DNA of 58,242 bases from an uncultured Gammaproteobacteria bacterium (lineage in GTDB: Bacteria; Patescibacteriota; Microgenomatia; JAMCZE01), in assembly GCA_964431075.1 (NCBI GenBank), contig CAYSID010000002.1:1-58242 (forward strand), written 5' to 3'. Below are positions 26,814 through 35,643 of this stretch, piece after piece. Under the pieces are notes generated by a model that ran no database searches, was not told the origin of the DNA, and saw only the letters and a list, made by a program, of their open reading frames with translations. Numbering within the stretch: the first letter of the stretch is position 1; each line of letters opens with the position of its first letter. Both the position numbers and the translations under genes were made by a program.

Positions 26814-27071
26814 GTGGGCAGAAAAACCAGACAACAAAAAATAATCGCCGATCTTCGGAGGCAGTTAAATAAAGTAGAACCGCGTTCATCGTTTGTAGTA
26901 GAATCGAAAGCAACTCCTGTTATTAACCGTGAACCCGCTTCTACAGTGTCTACAGCGTTTATCAATATAGATTATTCCCATGTCAAACATGATCTTCTAA
27001 AAACCGTGATTCTAACCGTACTTGCAATTTGCGTTCAAGTTGTGCTATGGTACGTAATAGGCAGGAAATGA
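26814..27071 (+). CDS. small membrane protein, unknown function
   Basis: 85 aa, GTG start, basic N-terminus, single C-terminal TM helix (LLKTVILTVLAICVQVVLWYVIG). Confidence 0.5.
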   Translation: MGRKTRQQKIIADLRRQLNKVEPRSSFVVESKATPVINREPASTVSTAFINIDYSHVKHDLLKTVILTVLAICVQVVLWYVIGRK

Positions 27072-27081
27072 GGTGATAATA

Positions 27082-27225
27082 ATGCAAGGGTACTGTGTTA
27101 AATGTCGAGCTAAGAGGGACGTCAAAGATGGAAAGGACGTCACTTGGAAAAACGGTCGGAGAGCTCATGTGGGAAAGTGTCCGGTTTGTGGGACCACCGT
27201 CGCGCGAGTTTTAGGAAAAGCCTAA
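27082..27225 (+). CDS. small zinc-ribbon protein (DUF5679-like, 47 aa)
   Basis: Below the ORF-track size cutoff. MQGYCVKCRAKRDVKDGKDVTWKNGRRAHVGKCPVCGTTVARVLGKA has a CxxC...CxxC pair, with RBS AGGTGA 5 nt upstream. Confidence 0.65.
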   Translation: MQGYCVKCRAKRDVKDGKDVTWKNGRRAHVGKCPVCGTTVARVLGKA

Positions 27226-27277
27226 CTAATAAGCAGTTAGGGGTTAGCGGTTAGAGATTAGAAATAATACTCGACCG

Positions 27278-27940
27278 CTAATTTGCGTTTAGGAAATTGA
27301 TTATTTTAGCCGAGGATTTCAGATCGGCGAAAATTTTCTGAAAGACTTCCGAAGCTTTTTGACGTTTTATAACAGCCATCGCTTCCTGTTTCAAGGCCGC
27401 TTCCTCGGTTGCCATCATGTAAGCTTTATTTTGGGTAATGTAATCAGAAAGCTCTTTATCTTCGATTTTTATCAGCGGTTCCGCAATTTTTTCCACCAAG
27501 GACTGCAAATATATCTGCCGGCGAAGTTCTTCGATGGTTATACCCTGCTGGGCCATGGCTTCTTCGAGAGTGCCCCGGCCCGCCAACAATTTAGTTAAAT
27601 CGGCGATTTTGGAATCGATATCCGCGGCTGATACGACGACCTTATCCATCCGGGCTTTCTCCGTTACCAGCCGCTCGGAAATTATTTCCTCAAGAGTTTG
27701 CTTGCCGTACCGGGCCATTATTTTTGATTCCAATTCAAATCGGGTGACCGGCCGGCCGTTAACGACGGCCACGATGAATAGTGTTCTAAATTTCCAAAGC
27801 AATAAGGCCGCCAAAAGAACGATGACAACAGCCACCCCAATTTTTTTATTCCTTTTACTTTTCAGGGTCTCTCTGCCGGTTTCCGGGGCAAGAACAGAAA
27901 CTTCCGTCTTCCCAGCCTTCGCGGTTTTTTTCGCTGGCAT
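27278..27940 (-). CDS. SurA/PrsA N-terminal-domain-like chaperone, membrane anchored
   Basis: N-terminal TM, then VAVVNGRPVTRFELESKI...QTLEEIISERLVTEKA, typical of the SurA_N chaperone domain. No parvulin PPIase motif seen. Confidence 0.6.
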   Translation of the reverse strand: MPAKKTAKAGKTEVSVLAPETGRETLKSKRNKKIGVAVVIVLLAALLLWKFRTLFIVAVVNGRPVTRFELESKIMARYGKQTLEEIISERLVTEKARMDKVVVSAADIDSKIADLTKLLAGRGTLEEAMAQQGITIEELRRQIYLQSLVEKIAEPLIKIEDKELSDYITQNKAYMMATEEAALKQEAMAVIKRQKASEVFQKIFADLKSSAKIINFLNAN

Positions 27941-27987
27941 AACTTTTGAATTATAACAAATAAACTTTGTAAAAAAAGGGGGGAATT

Positions 27988-28066
27988 TGGTAGCGCGTAG
28001 CGGATTTGAACCGCTGATTTGAACGTTGAGAACGTCCCGTCCTGGACCAGACTAGACGAACGCGCC
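27988..28066 (-). tRNA. tRNA-Glu (anticodon CUC), CCA encoded
   Basis: Minus strand: GGCGCGT-TC-GTCT-AGTCTGGTCCA-GGAC-G-GGACG-TTCTCAA-CGTTC-AAATC-AGCGG-TTCAAAT-CCGCT-ACGCGCT-A-CCA. All four arms fold (G1-U72 wobble). Confidence 0.88.
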
Positions 28067-28077
28067 ACAAAAAGGCA

Positions 28078-28105
28078 TTGACTTTCTTGACAACGGGTTT
28101 ATAAT
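28078..28105 (+). promoter_or_regulatory. sigma70-type promoter for greA (TTGACT - 16 nt - TATAAT)
   Basis: -35 at 28078-28083 and a consensus -10 at 28100-28105. Confidence 0.6.
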
Positions 28106-28130
28106 AGCACAACTGGATAGGAAAACCCAT

Positions 28131-28155
28131 AGCTGCACAGGCAGCTCTTTTTTTT
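28131..28155 (+). terminator. intrinsic terminator inside the greA leader (AGCTGC-ACAG-GCAGCT + C + T8)
   Basis: Perfect 6-bp hairpin with a T8 run ending 5 nt before the greA ATG, downstream of the promoter above. Confidence 0.6.
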
Positions 28156-28160
28156 GAAAT

Positions 28161-28607
28161 ATGTTGACGGTCAATGGTTTAAAGAAACTCCAAGATGAAC
28201 TTGAGGAGCTTAAAAAAAGAAAAATTCCGGCTGTTGTCGAACGGCTGTCTATGGCGCGCGCGGAAGGTGATCTTTCGGAAAACAGCGCCTATCAGGGTGC
28301 CCGTGAGGAACTGGAATTTTTAGAAAATCGGGTAGCCGAGTTGGAGTCTGTGATTGATACCGGCTCAGTCGTCGGACCGGCAAAGAAAAGCGGGGTTGTG
28401 GATGTCGGCCATACGGTCACGGCTACTGTTTCCGGTAAAAAAATGATTTTTGTTATGGTTGGCGACTGGGAGGCCGACCCAAAATCCGGGAAGATTTCCA
28501 GCAACTCTCCAATAGGCAAAGCTTTGATAGGTAAAAAAGTCGGCGACAAGGTTGAAGTCTCTATCCCCGCCGGCAAAGTCATTTATACAATTATCTCCAT
28601 CGATTAA
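28161..28607 (+). CDS. greA: transcription elongation factor GreA
   Basis: 148 aa. Coiled-coil N-terminus with the acidic tip ARAEGDLSENSAYQGAREE, and a C-terminal globular domain ISSNSPIGKALIGKKVGD. Confidence 0.92.
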   Translation: MLTVNGLKKLQDELEELKKRKIPAVVERLSMARAEGDLSENSAYQGAREELEFLENRVAELESVIDTGSVVGPAKKSGVVDVGHTVTATVSGKKMIFVMVGDWEADPKSGKISSNSPIGKALIGKKVGDKVEVSIPAGKVIYTIISID

Positions 28608-28613
28608 CAATTT

Positions 28614-28781
28614 ATGGAAAGAGATCCCCTCTCAATTATTCTTCGAATTTCTGAATGCGGTTGTGTCGTTGGAATTGGAACAGTAACTGTTGTTTTTTTA
28701 GTATGGATTAGAAGCCTAATGCCAAATAAAAAAGATAAAACGATAAATAGAATGCTTGATGCGGCAAGAAAGAAAAAATGA
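28614..28781 (+). CDS. possible 55-aa single-TM protein
   Basis: Below the track cutoff. MERDPLSIILRISECGCVVGIGTVTVVFLVWIRSLMPNKKDKTINRMLDAARKKK. It fills the greA-lysS gap and has no clear RBS. Confidence 0.3.
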   Translation: MERDPLSIILRISECGCVVGIGTVTVVFLVWIRSLMPNKKDKTINRMLDAARKKK

Positions 28782-28793
28782 TATTATCATCGC

Positions 28794-30176
28794 ATGGCGC
28801 AAGCGATTGAAGAAATTCGCAGGCTTCGGATTGAAAAACTGGAAAAATTAAAAAAGTTAGGGGTCAACCCTTATCCGGCAAAATTTTCCAAGCCCTTTAT
28901 CCCTATTAATAATGCTTTGCAAAAACTCGGCGAAGAGGTTTCTGTTGTAGGCCGGATAGTAAACTTGCGGGAACACGGCAACATGACCTTTGCCAACTTA
29001 ATGGATGAATCTGGAAAAATCCAAATCTGGTTTCAAAAAAATTTACTCGGCGAAAAATATGAACTATTAAAGCTCCTTGATGTTGGTGATTTTTTAGGAG
29101 TAACAGGAGAAATTGTCAAAACAAAAACCGGGGAAATAACCGTCAACATTAAATCATTCGAACTCTTATCCAAATCAATAAGGCCGATTCCCAACGAGTG
29201 GTTTGGCATTAAAGACGAGGAGACCCGTTACCGCCAAAGATATCTTGACCTTTTATTGAACAACGATTTAAAAGTATTATTCAGAAAAAAGGCGGTATTT
29301 TGGAGCTCCATGCGGGAGTTTTTGCGACAAAAAGGATTTTTGGAAGTGGAAACCCCGGTTTTAGAAATCACGGCGGGTGGGGCGGACGCCAATCCTTTTG
29401 TCACTCACCACGATGCTTTAGACATTGATTTATTTTTACGCATATCCATGGGGGAGTTGTGGCAAAAACGGCTAATGATCGCCGGGTTTGAAAAAACTTT
29501 TGAGATAGGACGACAATTTCGTAACGAGGGAATGAGCCGGGAGCATTTGCAGGATTATACCCAAATGGAGTTTTATTGGAGTTATGCGGATTATAACGAC
29601 TCCTCTGCTCTTGTTGAAGAAATGTATAAATATGTAATAGGTAAAACTTTCGGGACTTTAAATTTTAAAATCGGCGACTTTGCCATAAATTTTGATCCGA
29701 AATGGGAAAGAATCGATTATGCGGAAACGATTAAAAAATATGCTAAAGTTGATATATCCAAAATAATTGACGGCCGGGAAATTGACGGAATTTGGAAAGA
29801 GGTTAGAAAACAAATTGCCGGCCCGGTGTTTTTAACCGGTCACCCGGTTTCCGTTTCCCCGCTAGCGAAACGACAAGTAAAAAATCCGGAATTTGTGGAA
29901 AGATATCAAGTTATCATTGCCGGATCAGAATTGGGAAACGGCTATTCGGAACTAAACGACCCGATTGATCAGGCAGAGAGATTTAAAATACAGCAGGAAA
30001 TGAAAGACAAGGGTGACGAAGAAGCTCAAATGAATGATAGGGATTATGTTTTAGCCATGGAGTACGGCATGCCTCCCGTTTCCGGTTTTGGAGTTTCCGA
30101 GCGGTTATTTTCCTTTTTGTGCAACCTCCCCATCCGCGAAACCGTTTTGTTTCCACTCTTAAGACCGGAAAACTAA
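28794..30176 (+). CDS. lysS: lysine--tRNA ligase (class II)
   Basis: 460 aa. OB-fold N-domain, class II motifs (FLEVETPVL, FEIGRQFRNEG, GFGVSERL). Confidence 0.94.
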   Translation: MAQAIEEIRRLRIEKLEKLKKLGVNPYPAKFSKPFIPINNALQKLGEEVSVVGRIVNLREHGNMTFANLMDESGKIQIWFQKNLLGEKYELLKLLDVGDFLGVTGEIVKTKTGEITVNIKSFELLSKSIRPIPNEWFGIKDEETRYRQRYLDLLLNNDLKVLFRKKAVFWSSMREFLRQKGFLEVETPVLEITAGGADANPFVTHHDALDIDLFLRISMGELWQKRLMIAGFEKTFEIGRQFRNEGMSREHLQDYTQMEFYWSYADYNDSSALVEEMYKYVIGKTFGTLNFKIGDFAINFDPKWERIDYAETIKKYAKVDISKIIDGREIDGIWKEVRKQIAGPVFLTGHPVSVSPLAKRQVKNPEFVERYQVIIAGSELGNGYSELNDPIDQAERFKIQQEMKDKGDEEAQMNDRDYVLAMEYGMPPVSGFGVSERLFSFLCNLPIRETVLFPLLRPEN

Positions 30177-30190
30177 ATGTTTAAAATCTC

Positions 30191-30231
30191 TAACCAATAA
30201 AACGCACGTGCGAAATATTGGTTATGTTTTT
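30191..30231 (+). terminator. lysS terminator: 9-bp stem TAACCAATA/TATTGGTTA enclosing the palindromic CGCACGTGCG, then TGTTTTT
   Basis: Read directly from the sequence. A T-run follows the stem. Confidence 0.55.
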
Positions 30232-30242
30232 ATAATTCGATT

Positions 30243-30590
30243 TTGAGATGTATAATAGGAGTGGTGAAAAAAATTAGTTTATCGCCAATAACGATTGGAA
30301 TTTTGCAAACGGCTGGGTTTCTGGTTTACGCCTCGGGGGTTGCGTGGCTAATGATGAATGGAAATAATTTGTTTGGAAAAACACCAAATTTAATTGGCCC
30401 CATGCTTTTTCTTGCCCTTTTTGTTTTCTCGGCAATTTTTTCCGCAGGGATATTATTGGGATACCCGTTTTATGTTTTTTGGGAGAAGAAGGATTTCAAA
30501 ACCGCTTTCAAAATTGTCGCCTCCTCGACGATTTTCCTTTTTGCCTTTATAATCCTCACGTTATGGTTATTACTCGCGACCAGGCTCTAG
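30243..30590 (+). CDS. small 3-4 TM membrane protein
   Basis: 115 aa in the track (TTG start). GTG at 30261/30264 after GGAG is a more likely start. Highly hydrophobic. Confidence 0.55.
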   Translation: MRCIIGVVKKISLSPITIGILQTAGFLVYASGVAWLMMNGNNLFGKTPNLIGPMLFLALFVFSAIFSAGILLGYPFYVFWEKKDFKTAFKIVASSTIFLFAFIILTLWLLLATRL

Positions 30591-31138
30591 AACTTCTTTG
30601 CTCCAAAATGCAAAGTGTAAATTTACGGCGGCATTGTCTGGCGGTTGAAGCGGCGATGGGGGCTTTATTTCAAGAATTAGGAAATAAGAATGACAGTGAA
30701 CAGTCATGGAAAGTTGTTGGGCTTATGCATGATGGGGATTATGAGCAGACAAAGGGGGATATGTCAAACCACTCGGTTCTAATGGCGCGGTGGCTCCGGG
30801 AGTTGGGGGAAACAGACGAGGTTTTACTGCACGGCATTGAATCTCATGGGGCGTCGCATCGCGGGATCGAACCAACAAACGTCATGGAATGGTCTTTATT
30901 TTGCTGCGACGAATTAACCGGTTTAATTGTAGCCACAGCTTTGGTGCAACCGGACAAAAAATTGGCTTCAGTTACAACAGAAGCCATCCTGAAGAAGTTC
31001 AGGATCTCTAGTTTTGCCGCCGGCGCAAAAAGAGAGGATATTATCAAATGCGAGGGAAAATTAAACTTAAAGCTAGATAAATTTGTTGAAATCGTCTTAA
31101 AAGGCATGCAGTCAATTGCAAATGAAATAGGATTATAA
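30563..31138 (+). CDS. HD-domain phosphohydrolase
   Basis: MVITRDQALELL...RHCLAVEAAM...GLMHDGDYE...HG. The H...HD...H metal ligand pattern is present. I start at the Met at 30563; the track start at 30479 overlaps the upstream gene extensively. Confidence 0.75.
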   Translation: MVITRDQALELLCSKMQSVNLRRHCLAVEAAMGALFQELGNKNDSEQSWKVVGLMHDGDYEQTKGDMSNHSVLMARWLRELGETDEVLLHGIESHGASHRGIEPTNVMEWSLFCCDELTGLIVATALVQPDKKLASVTTEAILKKFRISSFAAGAKREDIIKCEGKLNLKLDKFVEIVLKGMQSIANEIGL

Positions 31139-31170
31139 GATGATAGGATGATAGTGAATAATCAATAACA

Positions 31171-31539
31171 ATGATTGAAAGTTATAAGGAATTAATTTTT
31201 TGGAAAACAGCAAGAGAAACCAGTCTTTCTGTCTATAAATTAATCAAGAAATTACCTAATGAAAGGCCTGTTTGGATTATTGCTGATCAGTTATTAAGAG
31301 CGGCATTTTCTATTGGAGCAAATATTGCCGAGGGGTTTGGAAAATATAAAGGGTTAGAATATTCTCGTTTTATAAGGATTGCCCTTGGTTCAGCGAATGA
31401 AGCAAGGTATTGGCTGGAATTACTAGAAGATCTTTTCCCTCAATTTAAAGTGGAAATTGATTTAATGGTTGCTAAAAATATGGAAACGATTAAAATGTTG
31501 ACAGCCACAGTTAAATCTTTGGCAAATAATCGTTCCTAA
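31171..31539 (+). CDS. four-helix-bundle protein (23S rRNA IVS protein / Avd-like family)
   Basis: FWKTARETSLSVYKLIKKLP...ADQLLRAAFSIGANIAEG...EYSRFIRIALGSANEARYWLELL is the characteristic motif set of this family. Confidence 0.8.
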   Translation: MIESYKELIFWKTARETSLSVYKLIKKLPNERPVWIIADQLLRAAFSIGANIAEGFGKYKGLEYSRFIRIALGSANEARYWLELLEDLFPQFKVEIDLMVAKNMETIKMLTATVKSLANNRS

Positions 31540-31578
31540 ACTATTCATTATTTACTATCATCTTATCACCCTAAATTT

Positions 31579-32928
31579 ATGTTAGACATCAAATTTATTC
31601 GCGAAAATCCGGAAAAGGTAAAACAGAATGTTTTGAATCGGAGAGTGGATCCGAAGAAAGCTGATGTGGACGAGCTTCTTTTAATTGATGCCCGGAAAAA
31701 TAAACTGCAGCGGGAGATTGAAGAGATGCGGGCGGCGCGCAATAAATTTGCCGAAACCTTGAAAGACGCAAAAGACCGGACGCAGGAAAAAATGGATGAG
31801 GGGCGCAAAATTAAAGAATCAATCGGTATTGCCGAAAAAGAACTGGCCGAACTTGAAACAAGATGGCAAGAAATAATGGATTGGATGCCCAATATCATGG
31901 ATGAGGATGTACCCCTTGGAAAAAATGAGGATAATAATCTGGAAATTGTTGCGTGGACGGAAAAAGATGGCTATTTCCCCAAAGAAAAATTAGGGTTAAA
32001 GGACTTTTCCAAAAAATGGATGCCGGTAAAAGATTTTGAAATGAAAGACCATGTGGATTTGGGAAAAGATTTGGACATGATTGATGTTGAACAAAGTGCT
32101 AAAGTTTCCGGTTCTCGATTCGCATATCTTAAGAACGACTTAGTTTTAATGCAATATGCCTTGTTTGACTTTCTGTTTAAAAAATTAGTCCGTGATTTTG
32201 GCTACCATCCAATGGTTGTCCCTCTATTGGTTAAAGAGAAAGTTTTGTATGGCTCCAGCCACTTTCCAGAGGGGCGTGACCAAGTTTATAGAATTGAAAA
32301 TACCAATGTGGAAGATAACCAGGATTTATTTTTGGTCGGTTCCTCGGAACCTCCGCTTTTTGCCTACGGAATGGATAAAGTTTTTGACGTTTCTCAATTA
32401 CCATATAAAATGTGTGCTTTTACCTCATGTTTTAGGTCCGAAGTGGGATCGTGGGGCAAGGATGTTAAGGGAATAAAAAGAGTTCACCAGTTTGATAAAT
32501 TGGAAATTGACACCTTTTGTTTGCCTGAGCAATCAGATGAAATTTTTGAAGAAAACTTAAAAATAAACAGATGGTTTTTTGAGTCGTTAAAATTACCTTA
32601 TCATCAGATATTAAAATGCACTGCTGATTCGGGTTATCAAGCATCAACAAAGCAAGTTGACACCGAAGTTTGGCTGCCGGGGCAAAAAGAATTTATTGAA
32701 GTGGGAACAGATACCAACGCCCGAACTTTTCAGGCGAGAAGGTTAAATATTAAATTCGAAAAAGAGGGGAAAAGAGAATATGTTCATACGGTTAATGATA
32801 CCGGATGTCCTATGGGGCGAGTCTTGATTGGAATTTTAGAAAATTATCAAAATGCCGACGGCTCTGTTACCGTCCCCGAAGTTTTACGGAAGTATGTGGG
32901 GAAGGAAATTTTAAAATCAAAAAATTAA
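31579..32928 (+). CDS. serS: serine--tRNA ligase
   Basis: N-terminal coiled-coil arm (MLDIKFIRENPEKV...), class II core (FTSCFRSEVGS, GSSEPPL, NDTGCPMGRVLIGILENYQ). Confidence 0.94.
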   Translation: MLDIKFIRENPEKVKQNVLNRRVDPKKADVDELLLIDARKNKLQREIEEMRAARNKFAETLKDAKDRTQEKMDEGRKIKESIGIAEKELAELETRWQEIMDWMPNIMDEDVPLGKNEDNNLEIVAWTEKDGYFPKEKLGLKDFSKKWMPVKDFEMKDHVDLGKDLDMIDVEQSAKVSGSRFAYLKNDLVLMQYALFDFLFKKLVRDFGYHPMVVPLLVKEKVLYGSSHFPEGRDQVYRIENTNVEDNQDLFLVGSSEPPLFAYGMDKVFDVSQLPYKMCAFTSCFRSEVGSWGKDVKGIKRVHQFDKLEIDTFCLPEQSDEIFEENLKINRWFFESLKLPYHQILKCTADSGYQASTKQVDTEVWLPGQKEFIEVGTDTNARTFQARRLNIKFEKEGKREYVHTVNDTGCPMGRVLIGILENYQNADGSVTVPEVLRKYVGKEILKSKN

Positions 32929-33773
32929 AACCCCAAGATCTTTTGTACTAAATTCTTGGTAACCGATTCCCCCCCAAATTTTGTTTTTTCTGTTGGACAG
33001 CTTTCTTCAGAGGGGGAGACAACAAAACTATTTGGGTTTTCGTGAAGTAAAAGATCGTTTAAGGCGACACTTGAAATATGAATCACCCGTCCATGATCGT
33101 TCCTTGTTATATGGGGTATATCAAGAACTGCTCGGGCGGTCTCCAAGATGTCGTGATAAAATTTTTTCAAATCGTCTGAAAGCTTTTTCCGTGATGATTT
33201 TCCTTCAAACAACATGTACGTTTCTCTGACATCATGATCAGAAATTGGTTCAAAATGTTGTGTCATGGCATCAAGTCTAATTCTGAGCCGTTTGACAACT
33301 TTCCCTTGATGGTCTTTTACAGGAATTTCGACTAATTCTTCGACTCTTATTTGGTTGGGGTTTGGTGCCCTATTATTAATTTTTCGAGCAAGAGAAATCC
33401 CGTCATCAATTGCTTCCTGTGGATCAAGAACAACAGTTCCCCCTTCCTCAAACATGTCCGTCATAAGCGCGTGTCTCGCAAAGTCTTGGAAAACTCTACT
33501 TCTGCTGGCAATTTTTATCGGGGTATCAATCTTATCCTTAGGTCCTAGCAGTTTTTGGCATAGTCTGTGGACAGCACTTCCCCTTTTTTGATAAATTGTC
33601 GGAGCTTTATCATTATTTATATTGCCCGCATTACGCAAATCGGTGACTGTGACAATATTCGCAGGTTTTGTTTTTAGTAATTTTTGGCCGAATACTGGCC
33701 TATCATTGGCCGGGTGAGAGTCAATAACGTGGGGTCTTTTTTTACCCTTTTTTATTTTTCCGGGAGTTGTCAT
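32925..33773 (-). CDS. hypothetical protein (lineage-restricted; possible PD-(D/E)XK-like D...ExK pattern)
   Basis: ATGA-type overlap with the serS stop region. I start at MTTPGKIKKGKKRP (33773). LRIRLDAM...YMLFEGK is a weak nuclease-like pattern and nothing more can be said. Confidence 0.5.
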   Translation of the reverse strand: MTTPGKIKKGKKRPHVIDSHPANDRPVFGQKLLKTKPANIVTVTDLRNAGNINNDKAPTIYQKRGSAVHRLCQKLLGPKDKIDTPIKIASRSRVFQDFARHALMTDMFEEGGTVVLDPQEAIDDGISLARKINNRAPNPNQIRVEELVEIPVKDHQGKVVKRLRIRLDAMTQHFEPISDHDVRETYMLFEGKSSRKKLSDDLKKFYHDILETARAVLDIPHITRNDHGRVIHISSVALNDLLLHENPNSFVVSPSEESCPTEKTKFGGESVTKNLVQKILGF

Positions 33774-33919
33774 GGTTTCTGCTGTAACTCTATATGTTCT
33801 TTGGGGTGGCGAAGAACCTGTGGGTGGAAACCAATCGGAAAAATCGTCTTCTTGGGGACACACGACCAAATTACTACACTCCCTTGCTCAAATCAAGAGG
33901 AAAGTGTACAATTGCGTCT

Positions 33920-35041
33920 GTGGCGGCGAAAAAACTGTCTTCTTCTAAAAAACCAGTCAAAATTGATCTCCAACCGGAGGCTTTGGACCTCCTAAAAAAG
34001 GGAAGGGGGGCGGGTTTTATCACCCAGGAAGAGGTATTAAATATTTTTCCCAAAGCCGAGGATCATCTTGAGGAACTTGATGAGCTTTACAACGAGTTAA
34101 TAAATAAAAATATCGATCTGTTCGAAACTACAACCGGAGAGTTGCAAGAAGCCGCCAATTTGGCCACCGATTTGGAAAAGGAATTGGAGTCGCTTTCCGC
34201 TCTTGACGAATTAGGATCAACTGACCCGGTACGGATGTACTTAAAGGAAATTGGCAGAATAAAACTTTTAAATGCCAATGAGGAAATTGTGTTGGCCAAA
34301 AAGGCGGAAAAAGGGGACAAAATTGCCAAAGCAAAATTGATTGAAGCCAATCTAAGATTAGTTGTTTCTATCGCTAAAAAATATATTGGCCGAGGGCTGA
34401 CAATGCTGGATCTGATTCAGGAGGGAAATCAAGGACTGATCCGAGCGACGGAAAAATACGACTGGCGGCGCGGGTTCAAATTTTCTACCTATGCCACCTG
34501 GTGGATCAGGCAGGCCATTACCCGGGCGATTGCTGATCAGGCAAGAACCATAAGAATTCCGGTCCACATGGTAGAAACAATCAACCGGTTTATCAGGACT
34601 CGCAATCGGTTAACGGCGGAAATGGGCCGGGAGCCGAACCCGGAAGAAATCGCCAAAGAGATGCAGATTGAAGTCCCAAAAGCTTTGGAGATTATGAAAA
34701 TTTCTCAAGAACCAACATCTCTACAAACTAAGATTGGGGACGATGAGGATTCGGTTTTGGGGGATTTTGTGCAGGATACCAGCCAACCAACCCCTTATGA
34801 CGCCACTTCAAAAGTCTTATTGCGGGAACAATTGGAAGAAGTTTTGGCAACTTTAAACGATCGGGAGAAAAAAGTTTTGATCATGCGGTTTGGTTTGGAA
34901 GACGGTAAACCGCGAACCCTTGAGGAAGTAGGAAAAGCCTTTGGAGTTACCCGGGAACGGATTCGGCAAATTGAGGCCAAAGCCATCCGAAAACTCAAAC
35001 ACCCCTCAAGAGCCAAAAAATTAAAGGATTATTTGGAGTAA
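33920..35041 (+). CDS. rpoD: RNA polymerase sigma factor RpoD (sigma70, short N-terminus)
   Basis: Region 1.2 [11 protein letters not shown], region 2 [54 protein letters not shown], region 4 [23 protein letters not shown]. The start is uncertain; GTG at 33920 was chosen, and the track ATG at 33794 would overlap the divergent gene. Confidence 0.9.
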   Translation: MAAKKLSSSKKPVKIDLQPEALDLLKKGRGAGFITQEEVLNIFPKAEDHLEELDELYNELINKNIDLFETTTGELQEAANLATDLEKELESLSALDELGSTDPVRMYLKEIGRIKLLNANEEIVLAKKAEKGDKIAKAKLIEANLRLVVSIAKKYIGRGLTMLDLIQEGNQGLIRATEKYDWRRGFKFSTYATWWIRQAITRAIADQARTIRIPVHMVETINRFIRTRNRLTAEMGREPNPEEIAKEMQIEVPKALEIMKISQEPTSLQTKIGDDEDSVLGDFVQDTSQPTPYDATSKVLLREQLEEVLATLNDREKKVLIMRFGLEDGKPRTLEEVGKAFGVTRERIRQIEAKAIRKLKHPSRAKKLKDYLE

Positions 35042-35042
35042 T

Positions 35043-35438
35043 TTATTTCAACTCCACAATTTTATTTTTCTCATCAAAAATAATTTTAAAATTCTCAAAA
35101 AAGGAACTGCGGCCGAGGAGGTTGAAAGAAACTAAATAGTCATTAGAGAAAACAACGGGGATTGTCAAGTTTTTTCCGGAAACCTCAATTTTTAAATTAT
35201 GGACGTAGCCTTTTATTTTCCCTCCGACTCCGTCGAGTTCAATTTCCTTCCCGGTTTTTATTTCTATTCCTATTTGTTGAGCCACCTCAGTTTTGAAAAT
35301 AGAAATAGTTGCTCCGGAGTCGATCAAAGCCACAGTGTCAAATTTATTTGATTTTTCGGTAAAGATGGTGAAGGGAATTATCGGGAAAAATTGGTTCTGC
35401 AGATGAGCACGGTATTTATAGGACATAAGGGCCCTCAT
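35043..35438 (-). CDS. retropepsin-like aspartic protease
   Basis: 131 aa. ALIDSGATISIF carries the D-S/T-G catalytic triad motif, with the typical downstream GVGG flap. Confidence 0.7.
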   Translation of the reverse strand: MRALMSYKYRAHLQNQFFPIIPFTIFTEKSNKFDTVALIDSGATISIFKTEVAQQIGIEIKTGKEIELDGVGGKIKGYVHNLKIEVSGKNLTIPVVFSNDYLVSFNLLGRSSFFENFKIIFDEKNKIVELK

Positions 35439-35631
35439 TTTTATGAGGAACTAAAAATGAGTAAGGCACATTGCCCGAAAGTCTTTTATCCGTTGCCGGT
35501 CGGGTAACAAGCGAAGAAATTTCGCTGAGTTTTTTACCATAGGCGATTATTTTGTCAATTTTCGGATCAATAACAATCCATTTGCCGGCAAGCTTTCCCA
35601 TTTGTGATAAAGAAAGTTTTACTTTAGTCAT
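35416..35631 (-). CDS. small protein, DUF5678-like
   Basis: 71 aa. LAGKWIVIDPKIDKIIAYGKKLSEI resembles the small beta-rich partner often found next to retropepsin-like genes. Overlaps the protease gene by 23 nt. Confidence 0.5.
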   Translation of the reverse strand: MTKVKLSLSQMGKLAGKWIVIDPKIDKIIAYGKKLSEISSLVTRPATDKRLSGNVPYSFLVPHKNEGPYVL

Positions 35632-35643
35632 AAAGTCATTATA

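Noticed and set aside
27862-28068. 68-aa minus-strand track ORF.
   Set aside because: It is largely made of the tRNA-Glu(CUC) gene sequence (27988-28066), so it is not coding.
31171-31539. Possible diversity-generating retroelement, because of the Avd-like four-helix-bundle gene.
   Set aside because: No reverse transcriptase and no template/variable repeat pair in the window. It is kept only as a low-interest note.
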